Shown piece after piece: positions 1 to 6,530 of a DNA stretch of 43,028 bases. A program made the position numbers and the translations under genes. The stretch spans positions 1 to 43,028 of IMG/VR virus record IMGVR_UViG_3300026541_000005, one strand, 5' to 3'. Each line of letters starts with the position of its first letter. The stretch's first letter is position 1. The notes under the pieces are model-generated. The model saw nothing but the letters and a program-made list of their open reading frames with translations. It had not been told where the DNA came from and made no database searches. This DNA comes from a virus (taxonomy: Duplodnaviria > Caudoviricetes).

Positions 1-117
1 ATGCGGTTCTGGATACTTATGCCCGAATATTTTACACCTAATCACCGTCTTGCTCCTTCTTAGTGATCTGCCTCATAAAAAGAACATTGTACCACTCGCC
101 GTAAAACTCCTTTTTCC
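1..117. repeat. Terminal direct repeat, left copy (circular assembly overlap)
   Basis: 1-117 is identical to 42912-43028; ORFs 38..577 and 42699..42956 join seamlessly across the junction. Confidence 0.95.
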
Positions 118-577
118 TATATTCAATATTGACCACTTGCCAGCCTCTCTCGCCTTCTATATTAAGACCCACAGTATAGTTATCTATACCAATTTTCCTT
201 TTTTTATATTCATATTTAATGTGTTCATTATCGTCTTTTGCCTCCTCCATAGATTCATACGTTAATTCAAATATATCTTCTTTAACTGGATAGTACTCAC
301 CTTTCACGCCTGTAACAATCCAATCACTAGGACACACATTATGACCACCTTCTAAAGTATCTATCCAGCCATGATTATGCATTATATCATTACATCTGGG
401 ACAAGGCTGCGTTCTTTCAACGTTAGGATTGCGATAATATCTAACCACTTTTCCCTCCATTTCGAGAACCAGCTCACCGCCTTCAACGCAGAAGGTTTCT
501 CTATTGTCTTCTGGGTGATCGCCATTCTTGAACCATTGCGTAGCCTCAATAACTACTGGTTTCTTTCTGTATTTCAC
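38..577 (-). CDS. Conserved phage protein (YRKKPVVIEA...GDWI-type) apparently fused to a DUF4177-like C-terminal domain
   Basis: N-terminal KYRKKPVVIEATQW and PSDWIVTGVKGEYYPVKEDIFELTYE are typical of a widespread phage family; C-terminal YEYK...LNIEGERGWQVV resembles DUF4177. Confidence 0.7.
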   Translation of the reverse strand: MKYRKKPVVIEATQWFKNGDHPEDNRETFCVEGGELVLEMEGKVVRYYRNPNVERTQPCPRCNDIMHNHGWIDTLEGGHNVCPSDWIVTGVKGEYYPVKEDIFELTYESMEEAKDDNEHIKYEYKKRKIGIDNYTVGLNIEGERGWQVVNIEYRKKEFYGEWYNVLFMRQITKKEQDGD

Positions 578-581
578 CTTC

Positions 582-848
582 TTACTCCTTTTCGTATTTA
601 CGTGGTTTGCTATTTCCTAAATCAACTTCGATTTTTATATTGAATTCCTGACAATATGGGTTCAGCGCATATTGAATGCGCGCCTTTATATCATTAGGAA
701 GCTCTTTTTTTAATTCCTCGTAGGTTTCTTCTACAATATTATTTAACTTTTTCTCTAATGTCTCTTGGAACTGCCCCACTATGTAAGCAGGTAAACCCAT
801 TTCCATAGATTCTAAGAAACTCTCTTTATCAAATTTAACTATTGCCAT
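582..848 (-). CDS. Hypothetical protein
   Basis: 88 aa ORF with AAGGAG RBS, in the same-strand operon. Confidence 0.75.
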   Translation of the reverse strand: MAIVKFDKESFLESMEMGLPAYIVGQFQETLEKKLNNIVEETYEELKKELPNDIKARIQYALNPYCQEFNIKIEVDLGNSKPRKYEKE

Positions 849-884
849 CTTTATTATCTCCTTTTCGTATTTACGTGGTTTGCT
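585..884. repeat. 27-bp direct repeat pair (585-611, 858-884) bracketing ORF 582..848
   Basis: ctccttttcgtatttacgtggtttgct occurs twice. Confidence 0.9.
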
Positions 885-1176
885 TTTCGATTTGTTTATG
901 GGCGGCTAGGGCTTGTCTAGCCTTATCCTTTATAGAATCCGATGGGTACACCCAAACATTTTCAATTATCCACTCCAACGCATCCACAAGCTTTTGCTCT
1001 CGTGCGGTTGTGGCTCTGGTGTTCCATGCTTTTCTATCGTTAATTTCTGAACCACATTCAGAGCATTCTATATACTGGAACTGTATATATTTTCCATCAT
1101 TTCCCACAAATCCCTCACTGTTGGCGGTTGCATAAGCTCCACAAAACGGGCAATTTTTTAACTTCTCTTTAGTCAT
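871..1176 (-). CDS. Lar-family restriction-alleviation-like zinc ribbon protein
   Basis: LKNCPFCG...CSECG...AWNTR signature. Confidence 0.75.
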   Translation of the reverse strand: MTKEKLKNCPFCGAYATANSEGFVGNDGKYIQFQYIECSECGSEINDRKAWNTRATTAREQKLVDALEWIIENVWVYPSDSIKDKARQALAAHKQIEKQTT

Positions 1177-1369
1177 CGGTTTTCGCCTCCTTTAATCTAA
1201 ATTCACCATCGTCATTACCAAAAGAGGGAAGCTCCCCATCTCCGCATTTAGGGCACATAAAATTATCCCAGCAGCCTGTCCATGAAACCTCGCACTTATG
1301 GCACGACATATGTTTAGAACTCTCTGGTGGTACGGCTGAAAAGTCCCCTAGGTATTTATAATCATCCAT
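1169..1369 (-). CDS. Small zinc-ribbon protein (start revised to MDDYKYLG)
   Basis: CHKC...CPKC; RBS AAGGAG before the ATG at 1369. Confidence 0.75.
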   Translation of the reverse strand: MDDYKYLGDFSAVPPESSKHMSCHKCEVSWTGCWDNFMCPKCGDGELPSFGNDDGEFRLKEAKTDD

Positions 1370-1712
1370 CGGTTTTCTCCTTTGGGGGCTGGGGTAAAGG
1401 CTGCCAGTGGGTCGCCTGACCATGCTCTGACATATTTGAATAATTGCCGACACGTTCTCCCCTGCTGAAATAAGTAGCCTCGTACACCCAAGCGCCGTCC
1501 CATGTGTACCAACCCAATAAAACCACTTCCTCATGTGGTGGTCGCTCATCTTCAATAAGCTTCCACTCCTTCCCCCTCAGCTCCTCGGCTAGGGCTTTGA
1601 TAATTCTTTCAACATCTCGTATTCCATCACTTTCTTGCAAAACCCCCTCAACTTGGGATTCTTCCATTTCTCTTAAAACCTTATCAGCCTGTTGCAGTAG
1701 ATCTTTATTCAT
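1362..1712 (-). CDS. DUF551-like phage protein (start revised to MNKDLLQ)
   Basis: W..I..E.P...VLL and terminal ATHWQPLPQPP motif. Confidence 0.75.
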   Translation of the reverse strand: MNKDLLQQADKVLREMEESQVEGVLQESDGIRDVERIIKALAEELRGKEWKLIEDERPPHEEVVLLGWYTWDGAWVYEATYFSRGERVGNYSNMSEHGQATHWQPLPQPPKEKTDG

Positions 1713-2040
1713 CGGTTTTCTCCTTACCACTAATTTGTATGTTCAACAAATCCCACGCCGCATGCAATTCTGGACGTATATCTCTGTTAATTCCCCCCTC
1801 GTAGGTATCGAGCATAAACTCCAAAAAGAACTCTAATGTTTTAATCCGCTCTTGTGCGGCTGTTAGTTCTTTGACTGCGTTGGAGGCTTGAAGTGCCGAG
1901 CGTGCCTCATATGTGAACTCCTCCCAATGGTCTTCTATATAACCATCCCTATGATTTGGTGCATTACTAATCTCTTGGTGATGGCTTTTACATAAATTTC
2001 TAGCCACCACCTCAACATCTGCCTCTATATCATACGTCAT
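1705..2040 (-). CDS. Hypothetical phage protein
   Basis: 111 aa ORF translationally coupled to both neighbours. Confidence 0.75.
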   Translation of the reverse strand: MTYDIEADVEVVARNLCKSHHQEISNAPNHRDGYIEDHWEEFTYEARSALQASNAVKELTAAQERIKTLEFFLEFMLDTYEGGINRDIRPELHAAWDLLNIQISGKEKTDE

Positions 2041-2398
2041 CTTTTCCGCCTTTTATTACGTTAATTGCTGCTTGGGCTAATTCCTTGCAAAAACTTTCCT
2101 CAAAATCACGGTCATTGCCATGGTGTCCGCAAAACATTGAGTAAAAATTTAAATCTAATTCCACAAACAATTCTTTACTCTCCAACCGCTCCGTGTAAGC
2201 GTTGAGCTCTACAAGGGCTTCTTTGGCTATCTCGCCTTTATCATACATATATTTTGCTAATGGAATATGAGTATCAGGCGTAATTTTTGTCCAATCTATA
2301 GGAGGCGGTATATCCTCTTTTTTGACGTGAACTAAACCACGCTCATAAGGGAATTTACTGTAAAATTCCAAAGCCTGTTCAACTTTCTCTAAACTCAT
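2030..2398 (-). CDS. Hypothetical phage protein
   Basis: 122 aa ORF with AAAGGA RBS in the repeated leader. Confidence 0.75.
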   Translation of the reverse strand: MSLEKVEQALEFYSKFPYERGLVHVKKEDIPPPIDWTKITPDTHIPLAKYMYDKGEIAKEALVELNAYTERLESKELFVELDLNFYSMFCGHHGNDRDFEESFCKELAQAAINVIKGGKDDV

Positions 2399-2423
2399 AA
2401 TCTTTTCCTTTGTTTGTTACTTC

Positions 2424-2593
2424 GGGTGGTGGCAGGGCGTTAATCCCGCTATGCTCGGCACCCGTCTCCATTCGCACTTTCTGTTATCCATCTTGGCACA
2501 TTTCTGTTTATAACCTTTTGGCAGACGCGCACTGTACTATGGTTTTTCCCGTCATACATTTCATATGCTTCTACATTCAGCACCGCACCACCC
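2424..2593 (-). ncRNA. tRNA-like structured RNA, long copy (170 nt)
   Basis: 8-bp terminal stem GGGTGGTG/CACCACCC; D-arm-like TGCT-GAATGTAGA-AGCA; imperfect T-arm-like GCGGG-ATTAACG-CCCTGC; about 115-nt insert where the anticodon arm would be. Confidence 0.6.
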
Positions 2594-2612
2594 CAGCCCT
2601 TGCGGGCGTTCG

Positions 2613-2795
2613 TTATATTCTCTTTTTACAACACTCCGCTGAACAAAAAGCATTATTGTGTTTATGTTCTTTTCCGCATGTTAAGCATTTCTTGATAATT
2701 GACTCAAACTTACTGGTCAAAGAGTCAAGCGCATCAATAGGAATAAGTCCAGTGCCAATTAACGTTGCTAATAAATTTTTTACTTTCATATCCAT
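2613..2795 (-). CDS. Small protein with C-terminal CxxC...FCSxxC zinc finger
   Basis: CLTCG...FCSAEC. Confidence 0.65.
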   Translation of the reverse strand: MDMKVKNLLATLIGTGLIPIDALDSLTSKFESIIKKCLTCGKEHKHNNAFCSAECCKKRI

Positions 2796-2806
2796 GTGTT
2801 ACATTC

Positions 2807-2956
2807 CTATATTCTCCTAATCACACACCCCATCAGCCAAACCCCATGGCGATAAGCATTCGCATACAACTTACGCTCTAACGCCTCCACAACCACACAC
2901 CGCCTAAACTTATGCGCCTTGCTGATTTGTATGCCGTTTTTAAATAGTGCGTACAT
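2807..2956 (-). CDS. Hypothetical 49 aa protein (MYALFKNGIQISKAHK...), not in ORF track
   Basis: Hand-translated; GAGG RBS; fills the operon gap. Confidence 0.55.
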   Translation of the reverse strand: MYALFKNGIQISKAHKFRRCVVVEALERKLYANAYRHGVWLMGCVIRRI

Positions 2957-2958
2957 TT

Positions 2959-3201
2959 TCATTTCCTCAGCTCCTCTATCGTGTAATTAAGCCACTTATG
3001 GTCATTGTGCCCCTCCATGTTTTTAAACTGACTAAGTCTTTTCTCCCAATAATCAGCTATTTCTTCCCTGCTGGGTCTTAAGGCTGCTTTACATTCTTTG
3101 TAAATATGACATGACTTTATCGCTATTACAGCTGTACCATTTTCCGACGCATCGATCCAATTAATCAAAGCCTCAGCCTTTTCTCTTATATCATTCACCA
3201 T
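2959..3201 (-). CDS. Hypothetical protein
   Basis: 80 aa ORF starting in the junction motif AAGGAGGCGCAAGATG. Confidence 0.7.
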   Translation of the reverse strand: MVNDIREKAEALINWIDASENGTAVIAIKSCHIYKECKAALRPSREEIADYWEKRLSQFKNMEGHNDHKWLNYTIEELRK

Positions 3202-3361
3202 CTTGCGCCTCCTTTAGTTCTTTTTCTAGTTTCGCGTGATCTAGCCAAGCATCATCATCAGCCTCAATTGCGTTACACCTATCATTATAAGTCTCAAGAC
3301 CAACACGCCAAGCAGCCGCTACTTTTTCCTCTAATTCTTTTATTCTTTCTTCTTTAGTCAT
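3191..3361 (-). CDS. Small helical paralog 4 (MTKEERIKELEEKVAAAW...ELKEAQDGE), 56 aa, not in ORF track
   Basis: Hand-translated; AAGGAGG RBS; termini homologous to neighbours. Confidence 0.8.
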   Translation of the reverse strand: MTKEERIKELEEKVAAAWRVGLETYNDRCNAIEADDDAWLDHAKLEKELKEAQDGE

Positions 3362-3503
3362 CGGTTTTCGCCTCCTTTAGTTCTTTTATTGCTTCATCTA
3401 AAACAGCAGTACTAGCATTCCAGGCAGCACCGCAAGCAGTATAAGCATCCCAAGCAGCCTTCACTTTATCCTCTAATTCTTTTATCTTTGCTTCTTTATT
3501 CAC
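3354..3503 (-). CDS. Small helical paralog 3 (MNKEAKIKELEDKVKAAW...ELKEAKTDD), 49 aa, not in ORF track
   Basis: Hand-translated; GTG start, AAGGAGG RBS. Confidence 0.8.
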   Translation of the reverse strand: MNKEAKIKELEDKVKAAWDAYTACGAAWNASTAVLDEAIKELKEAKTDD

Positions 3504-3732
3504 CGTCTCGCGCCTCCTTTAGTTTTTTTCGTGCTTTCATAAAAGTATCCCTAGCAGCATAAAGATTACAAGCAGCCCTCAAACAAGCCCTAGTATTAGC
3601 ACCAGCCTCATTAGGCCAAAGAGCCTTAACATCAGTAGCAGTAGCAGCAGCAGAGGCACGATAAGCAGCCCAACCATCAGCACGAGCATCCTCTAATTTT
3701 TCCTCTAGTTTCTGTATTTTTTCTTTACTCAC
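3496..3732 (-). CDS. Small helical paralog 2 (Ala-rich)
   Basis: MSKEKIQKLEEK...KLKEARDGE. Confidence 0.8.
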   Translation of the reverse strand: MSKEKIQKLEEKLEDARADGWAAYRASAAATATDVKALWPNEAGANTRACLRAACNLYAARDTFMKARKKLKEARDGE

Positions 3733-3922
3733 CGTCTCGCGCCTCCTTTAGTTCTGTTAGTGCTTCTTCGTAGATATTCCAAACGGCAGCAGTTTCAGCA
3801 TCACCATCACCAACATCAACACCAGCATGCCAGCCCCCATAGCAAGCAGTACAAGCTCCCCAAGCAGCCGCTACTTTCTTCTCTAGTGCCTCTATTTTTT
3901 CTTCTTTACTCACAGTTTCCAT
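3725..3922 (-). CDS. Small helical paralog 1 (Ala-rich; may start at GTG 3913)
   Basis: SKEEKIEALEKKVAAAW...ELKEARDGE. Confidence 0.8.
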   Translation of the reverse strand: METVSKEEKIEALEKKVAAAWGACTACYGGWHAGVDVGDGDAETAAVWNIYEEALTELKEARDGE

Positions 3923-4332
3923 CCTTTCATTAATTTTACAATCCTATAACTTATAACCATAGGATTCTTATAAACGCTATTTACGTAATCCATATCACGC
4001 ACTAGCCTTGTTTGACTATCCAACACATAATCATCAACCTTTAACATCACATGCATTTGCTCGCCATATAACGCCCAAATGTAACTAATCCGTTCGTCAT
4101 CAAAACCAGCATCCCTAAGCCTCTGATGTTTTGCTATGACATAATCCTCACAATCACCGCCGTTTTTATAAAATTCCTCTGGTGTGGCTATGTAATTCTC
4201 AACGCCGTAATTATCCATGTCTGAAACATACCACACCCTGTTTACTTCATACTGTATTTTGGTGATAGTGTTGTAATCATTCCCCAGAGCTATGCTGCTT
4301 ATCAATATTACTAGTAATATTATTCCCATCAC
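3910..4332 (-). CDS. Transglutaminase-like cysteine peptidase (BTLCP / peptidase C93, LapG-like) with signal peptide
   Basis: YVSD..NYG..NY.ATP.E...GGDCEDYVIAK, then HVML and VLD give a Cys-His-Asp triad; hydrophobic N-terminus. Confidence 0.85.
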   Translation of the reverse strand: MMGIILLVILISSIALGNDYNTITKIQYEVNRVWYVSDMDNYGVENYIATPEEFYKNGGDCEDYVIAKHQRLRDAGFDDERISYIWALYGEQMHVMLKVDDYVLDSQTRLVRDMDYVNSVYKNPMVISYRIVKLMKGWKL

Positions 4333-4347
4333 ACCCCCATATTGCTT

Positions 4348-4650
4348 TTAAGCAGTTTTATCCTTTAGTTCTTCTAGTGTGGCTCGGGCCAGTTCAATTC
4401 GCATATTTAAACCATCATAAATAGATTTAACGTTATCAACGTCTGCAAAGGTTGGCTTTAGATTTAAATAACAAGGCTCCGATATCTCCTCCAAAGCTTT
4501 CACAAGCTTCTGCTCTCTTTCTGCGAGTTCTTTGATGAGCTTAAAAACCCCTCGCTGCCGATTTCTGTTATCCACACATTCGGGGCATATGATGCTAAAG
4601 ATGTAGTTGGAGTCCATTAACTCCTCAACCCTCTTTTGTATATCATCCAT
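4348..4650 (-). CDS. Hypothetical phage protein
   Basis: 100 aa; N-terminus MDDIQKRVE resembles 5038..5325; REQKLV.ALE.I is shared with 871..1176. Confidence 0.75.
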   Translation of the reverse strand: MDDIQKRVEELMDSNYIFSIICPECVDNRNRQRGVFKLIKELAEREQKLVKALEEISEPCYLNLKPTFADVDNVKSIYDGLNMRIELARATLEELKDKTA

Positions 4651-4676
4651 AATCGTATTCCTTTGTTTGTTAATTC

Positions 4677-4746
4677 GGGTGGTGGGTAGGAATTGAACCC
4701 ACTCGGCATTGCATAACTACTAGCATTCCGCTTAATCACACCACCC
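4677..4746 (-). ncRNA. tRNA-like structured RNA, short copy (70 nt; possibly a degenerate tRNA)
   Basis: Same GGGTGGTG/CACCACCC stem; T-arm GTGGG-TTCAATT-CCTAC; no canonical D or anticodon arm. Confidence 0.6.
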
Positions 4747-4776
4747 CAGCCCTTGCGGGCGTTCGTTATATTCTCT

Positions 4777-4910
4777 TGCCGTCTCTCCGAGCTGTCATAC
4801 GAGTATTTAGTTTTCGGTAAATCAATCTTGGCATTTTTATCAGCGCCACCAAGACCCCCGTGTCTATTTTCGTATATTTAGACAGATTCGTTAACCCTCG
4901 CGGGTGTTCT
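4777..4910 (-). ncRNA. Structured non-coding segment: GNRA hairpin, two stem-loops and a GACAGCTCGGAGAGACGGCA motif
   Basis: ACCC-GCGA-GGGT, TGTCTA/TAGACA and TCTTGG/CCAAGA stems; no credible ORF. Confidence 0.4.
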
Positions 4911-5037
4911 TATTTTGCTTTTAAGCACTATTATCCATATAAAACAACCGCTTATGTGATATAAAACATTAGATTTCGTTTTGCCTTTAAGCACTTTTAT
5001 CCTTCTTCGGTTTTCGCCTTCAGCTTGTTTAATAAAC

Positions 5038-5325
5038 TCATAAGGCATCTCTTGCCAATCTTAAATACGTCTTATGTCGGGCTTTACCTATTTTTGCTAA
5101 ATGTTGCACCGCTTCCAAAGCTTCTATTAGTTCAGCGTTCTGTTCTATAAGTGCCGTCCTTTCGTCTATTAAATCATCCAACAAACCTACAACTTCCTCC
5201 TTGTCATACGCAGCGAATATACCGTCCACCTCATCATCTAGAGTAAATCCTATCCCCGTCATTTTTACTGCTTCATACGTGTCAAGCTTACTCTCTAACT
5301 CGGCCCTCTTTTGTATATCTGTCAT
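5038..5325 (-). CDS. Hypothetical protein, first gene of the leftward accessory operon
   Basis: Directly follows promoter 5352-5380 and the AACAAACAAAGGA leader. Confidence 0.75.
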   Translation of the reverse strand: MTDIQKRAELESKLDTYEAVKMTGIGFTLDDEVDGIFAAYDKEEVVGLLDDLIDERTALIEQNAELIEALEAVQHLAKIGKARHKTYLRLARDAL

Positions 5326-5351
5326 AATCTTTTCCTTTGTTTGTTAAACCT

Positions 5352-5380
5352 ATTGTATGCGTTACTGCATACACTGTCAA
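5352..5380 (-). promoter_or_regulatory. Sigma70-type promoter with internal operator
   Basis: TTGACA-17-TACAAT; palindrome TGTATG-N8-CATACA at 5354-5373. Confidence 0.85.
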
Positions 5381-5397
5381 CAATTATTTTATCTTTT

Positions 5398-5625
5398 TTA
5401 AAAAAATCCTGAACTTTTGCAAGAATCAATATCGCCTTCACTGTCACGACCATAATTCTTAGAAATATAATTTTCAGAACTCAATTGAGGATTATTCACC
5501 TTATATCTACTTTTAGCCTGTCGCCTATGTGCCGTGACAGCACACGATGTACTGCAATACAACTGGCTACCTCTTCCAATAACATTCGTTCCACATTTAG
5601 GTAATTTACAAATTTTTCTATCCAT
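5398..5625 (-). CDS. Zinc-finger protein (C..C...YCS..C)
   Basis: CKLPKC...YCSTSC followed by a basic helix. Confidence 0.7.
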   Translation of the reverse strand: MDRKICKLPKCGTNVIGRGSQLYCSTSCAVTAHRRQAKSRYKVNNPQLSSENYISKNYGRDSEGDIDSCKSSGFF

Positions 5626-5632
5626 TTCATCC

Positions 5633-5836
5633 TCAATTATTAACGTTTTTAGTGGCTTTTATTTTTTCATCAAGAAGCTGGCGAATAGTGTTGTACTCCT
5701 CGAAAAGCGCGCTTTGTACGCCAGGCTTCCATTTAAAACCCTGTTGGTATCGCTCATCAGATATATTTTGATTTGCGTTAGCTGCAAGAAATCTGTAGCG
5801 ATCTCGATATTCTTCTAGTTCTTGTATTGTAGTCAT
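5633..5836 (-). CDS. Hypothetical protein
   Basis: 67 aa ORF in operon. Confidence 0.65.
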   Translation of the reverse strand: MTTIQELEEYRDRYRFLAANANQNISDERYQQGFKWKPGVQSALFEEYNTIRQLLDEKIKATKNVNN

Positions 5837-5875
5837 AATCTTTCTCTATTTATTGGTTGTTTGGTAGTCTTTACG

Positions 5876-6088
5876 TTACAGTAGCTTCTTGTTTCCCGTT
5901 CCTTCGCAAGTGGGGCACTGATGTTGCACTAACACTGGTTGTGGTTGTGGGCTACCGCAACACTCTCCTGACTCCAAAATACAACCACAACAACCAAGCT
6001 CAATTTCTTCTTCTTCAAGATAACCTTTGGCGTTACAGTCTTCACATAATCTTTCATGTAAACTCAACATAGTCTCTCTCCATTTCAA
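5876..6088 (-). CDS. DnaJ-type CxxCxGxG zinc-finger protein
   Basis: CEDCNAKG...CPTCEGTG. Confidence 0.7.
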   Translation of the reverse strand: MKWRETMLSLHERLCEDCNAKGYLEEEEIELGCCGCILESGECCGSPQPQPVLVQHQCPTCEGTGNKKLL

Positions 6089-6090
6089 TA

Positions 6091-6456
6091 TTAGCCTCTT
6101 ACAAGGCAGTTATTATTAATTATCGCCCACTGCTCTAGGCGATCTACCACATCTTTTGCTGTGTGACCATCCCATTCAGGAGCTTTGTTACTTGTCTTGA
6201 TGTTAATGTTATCTAATAGCCTCCACATTCTTACCGGTAAATGATATGTAATATCACCTGTTGGCAACGTCATACCAGCAACAAACCACCCTTCAAAACT
6301 ACTGCCATCCTCATGCATACCAGCGCGCCAGCTTATTTCTGGATTAGTTTTCATTAAAGCCACGAATAAAGCACACCTATGCTCATATAGTTCGTCAAAT
6401 GTGTGGTATCCGTCGCTTACTTTTCCAACTTCTGTTTTTATAGTTATTGTAGTCAT
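6091..6456 (-). CDS. WDGH-motif phage protein
   Basis: SDGYHTFDELYEHR...ITYHLP...WDGHT. Confidence 0.8.
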   Translation of the reverse strand: MTTITIKTEVGKVSDGYHTFDELYEHRCALFVALMKTNPEISWRAGMHEDGSSFEGWFVAGMTLPTGDITYHLPVRMWRLLDNINIKTSNKAPEWDGHTAKDVVDRLEQWAIINNNCLVRG

Positions 6457-6530
6457 AATTCCTCATTTCAATATTAGCCGTTTTAAAGGCTGTTAAATTC
6501 CTTAGGTATACCAATATACCTAAAAACTGT

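Noticed and set aside
1-117. 117-bp terminal repeat as a biological DTR
   Set aside because: It falls across two coupled ORFs with no regulatory context; an assembler overlap of a circular or permuted genome is the simpler explanation
1370-1555. N-terminal extension of ORF 1169..1555
   Set aside because: Overlaps the DUF551-like gene in another frame; the real start is at the junction motif (1369)
2424-2593. tmRNA or intron-containing tRNA
   Set aside because: Too short for tmRNA, no G3.U70 alanine identity or CCA; the internal mini-ORF MKCMTGKTIVQCASAKRL is not tag-like; no group I/II intron core visible
3191-3922. Diversity-generating retroelement behind the variable paralogs
   Set aside because: No reverse transcriptase ORF, and no TR/VR pair differing only at adenines was seen
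585-5002. CRISPR or mini-array from the various direct repeats
   Set aside because: Repeats come in pairs or are separated by whole genes, spacing is irregular, and no cas genes are present
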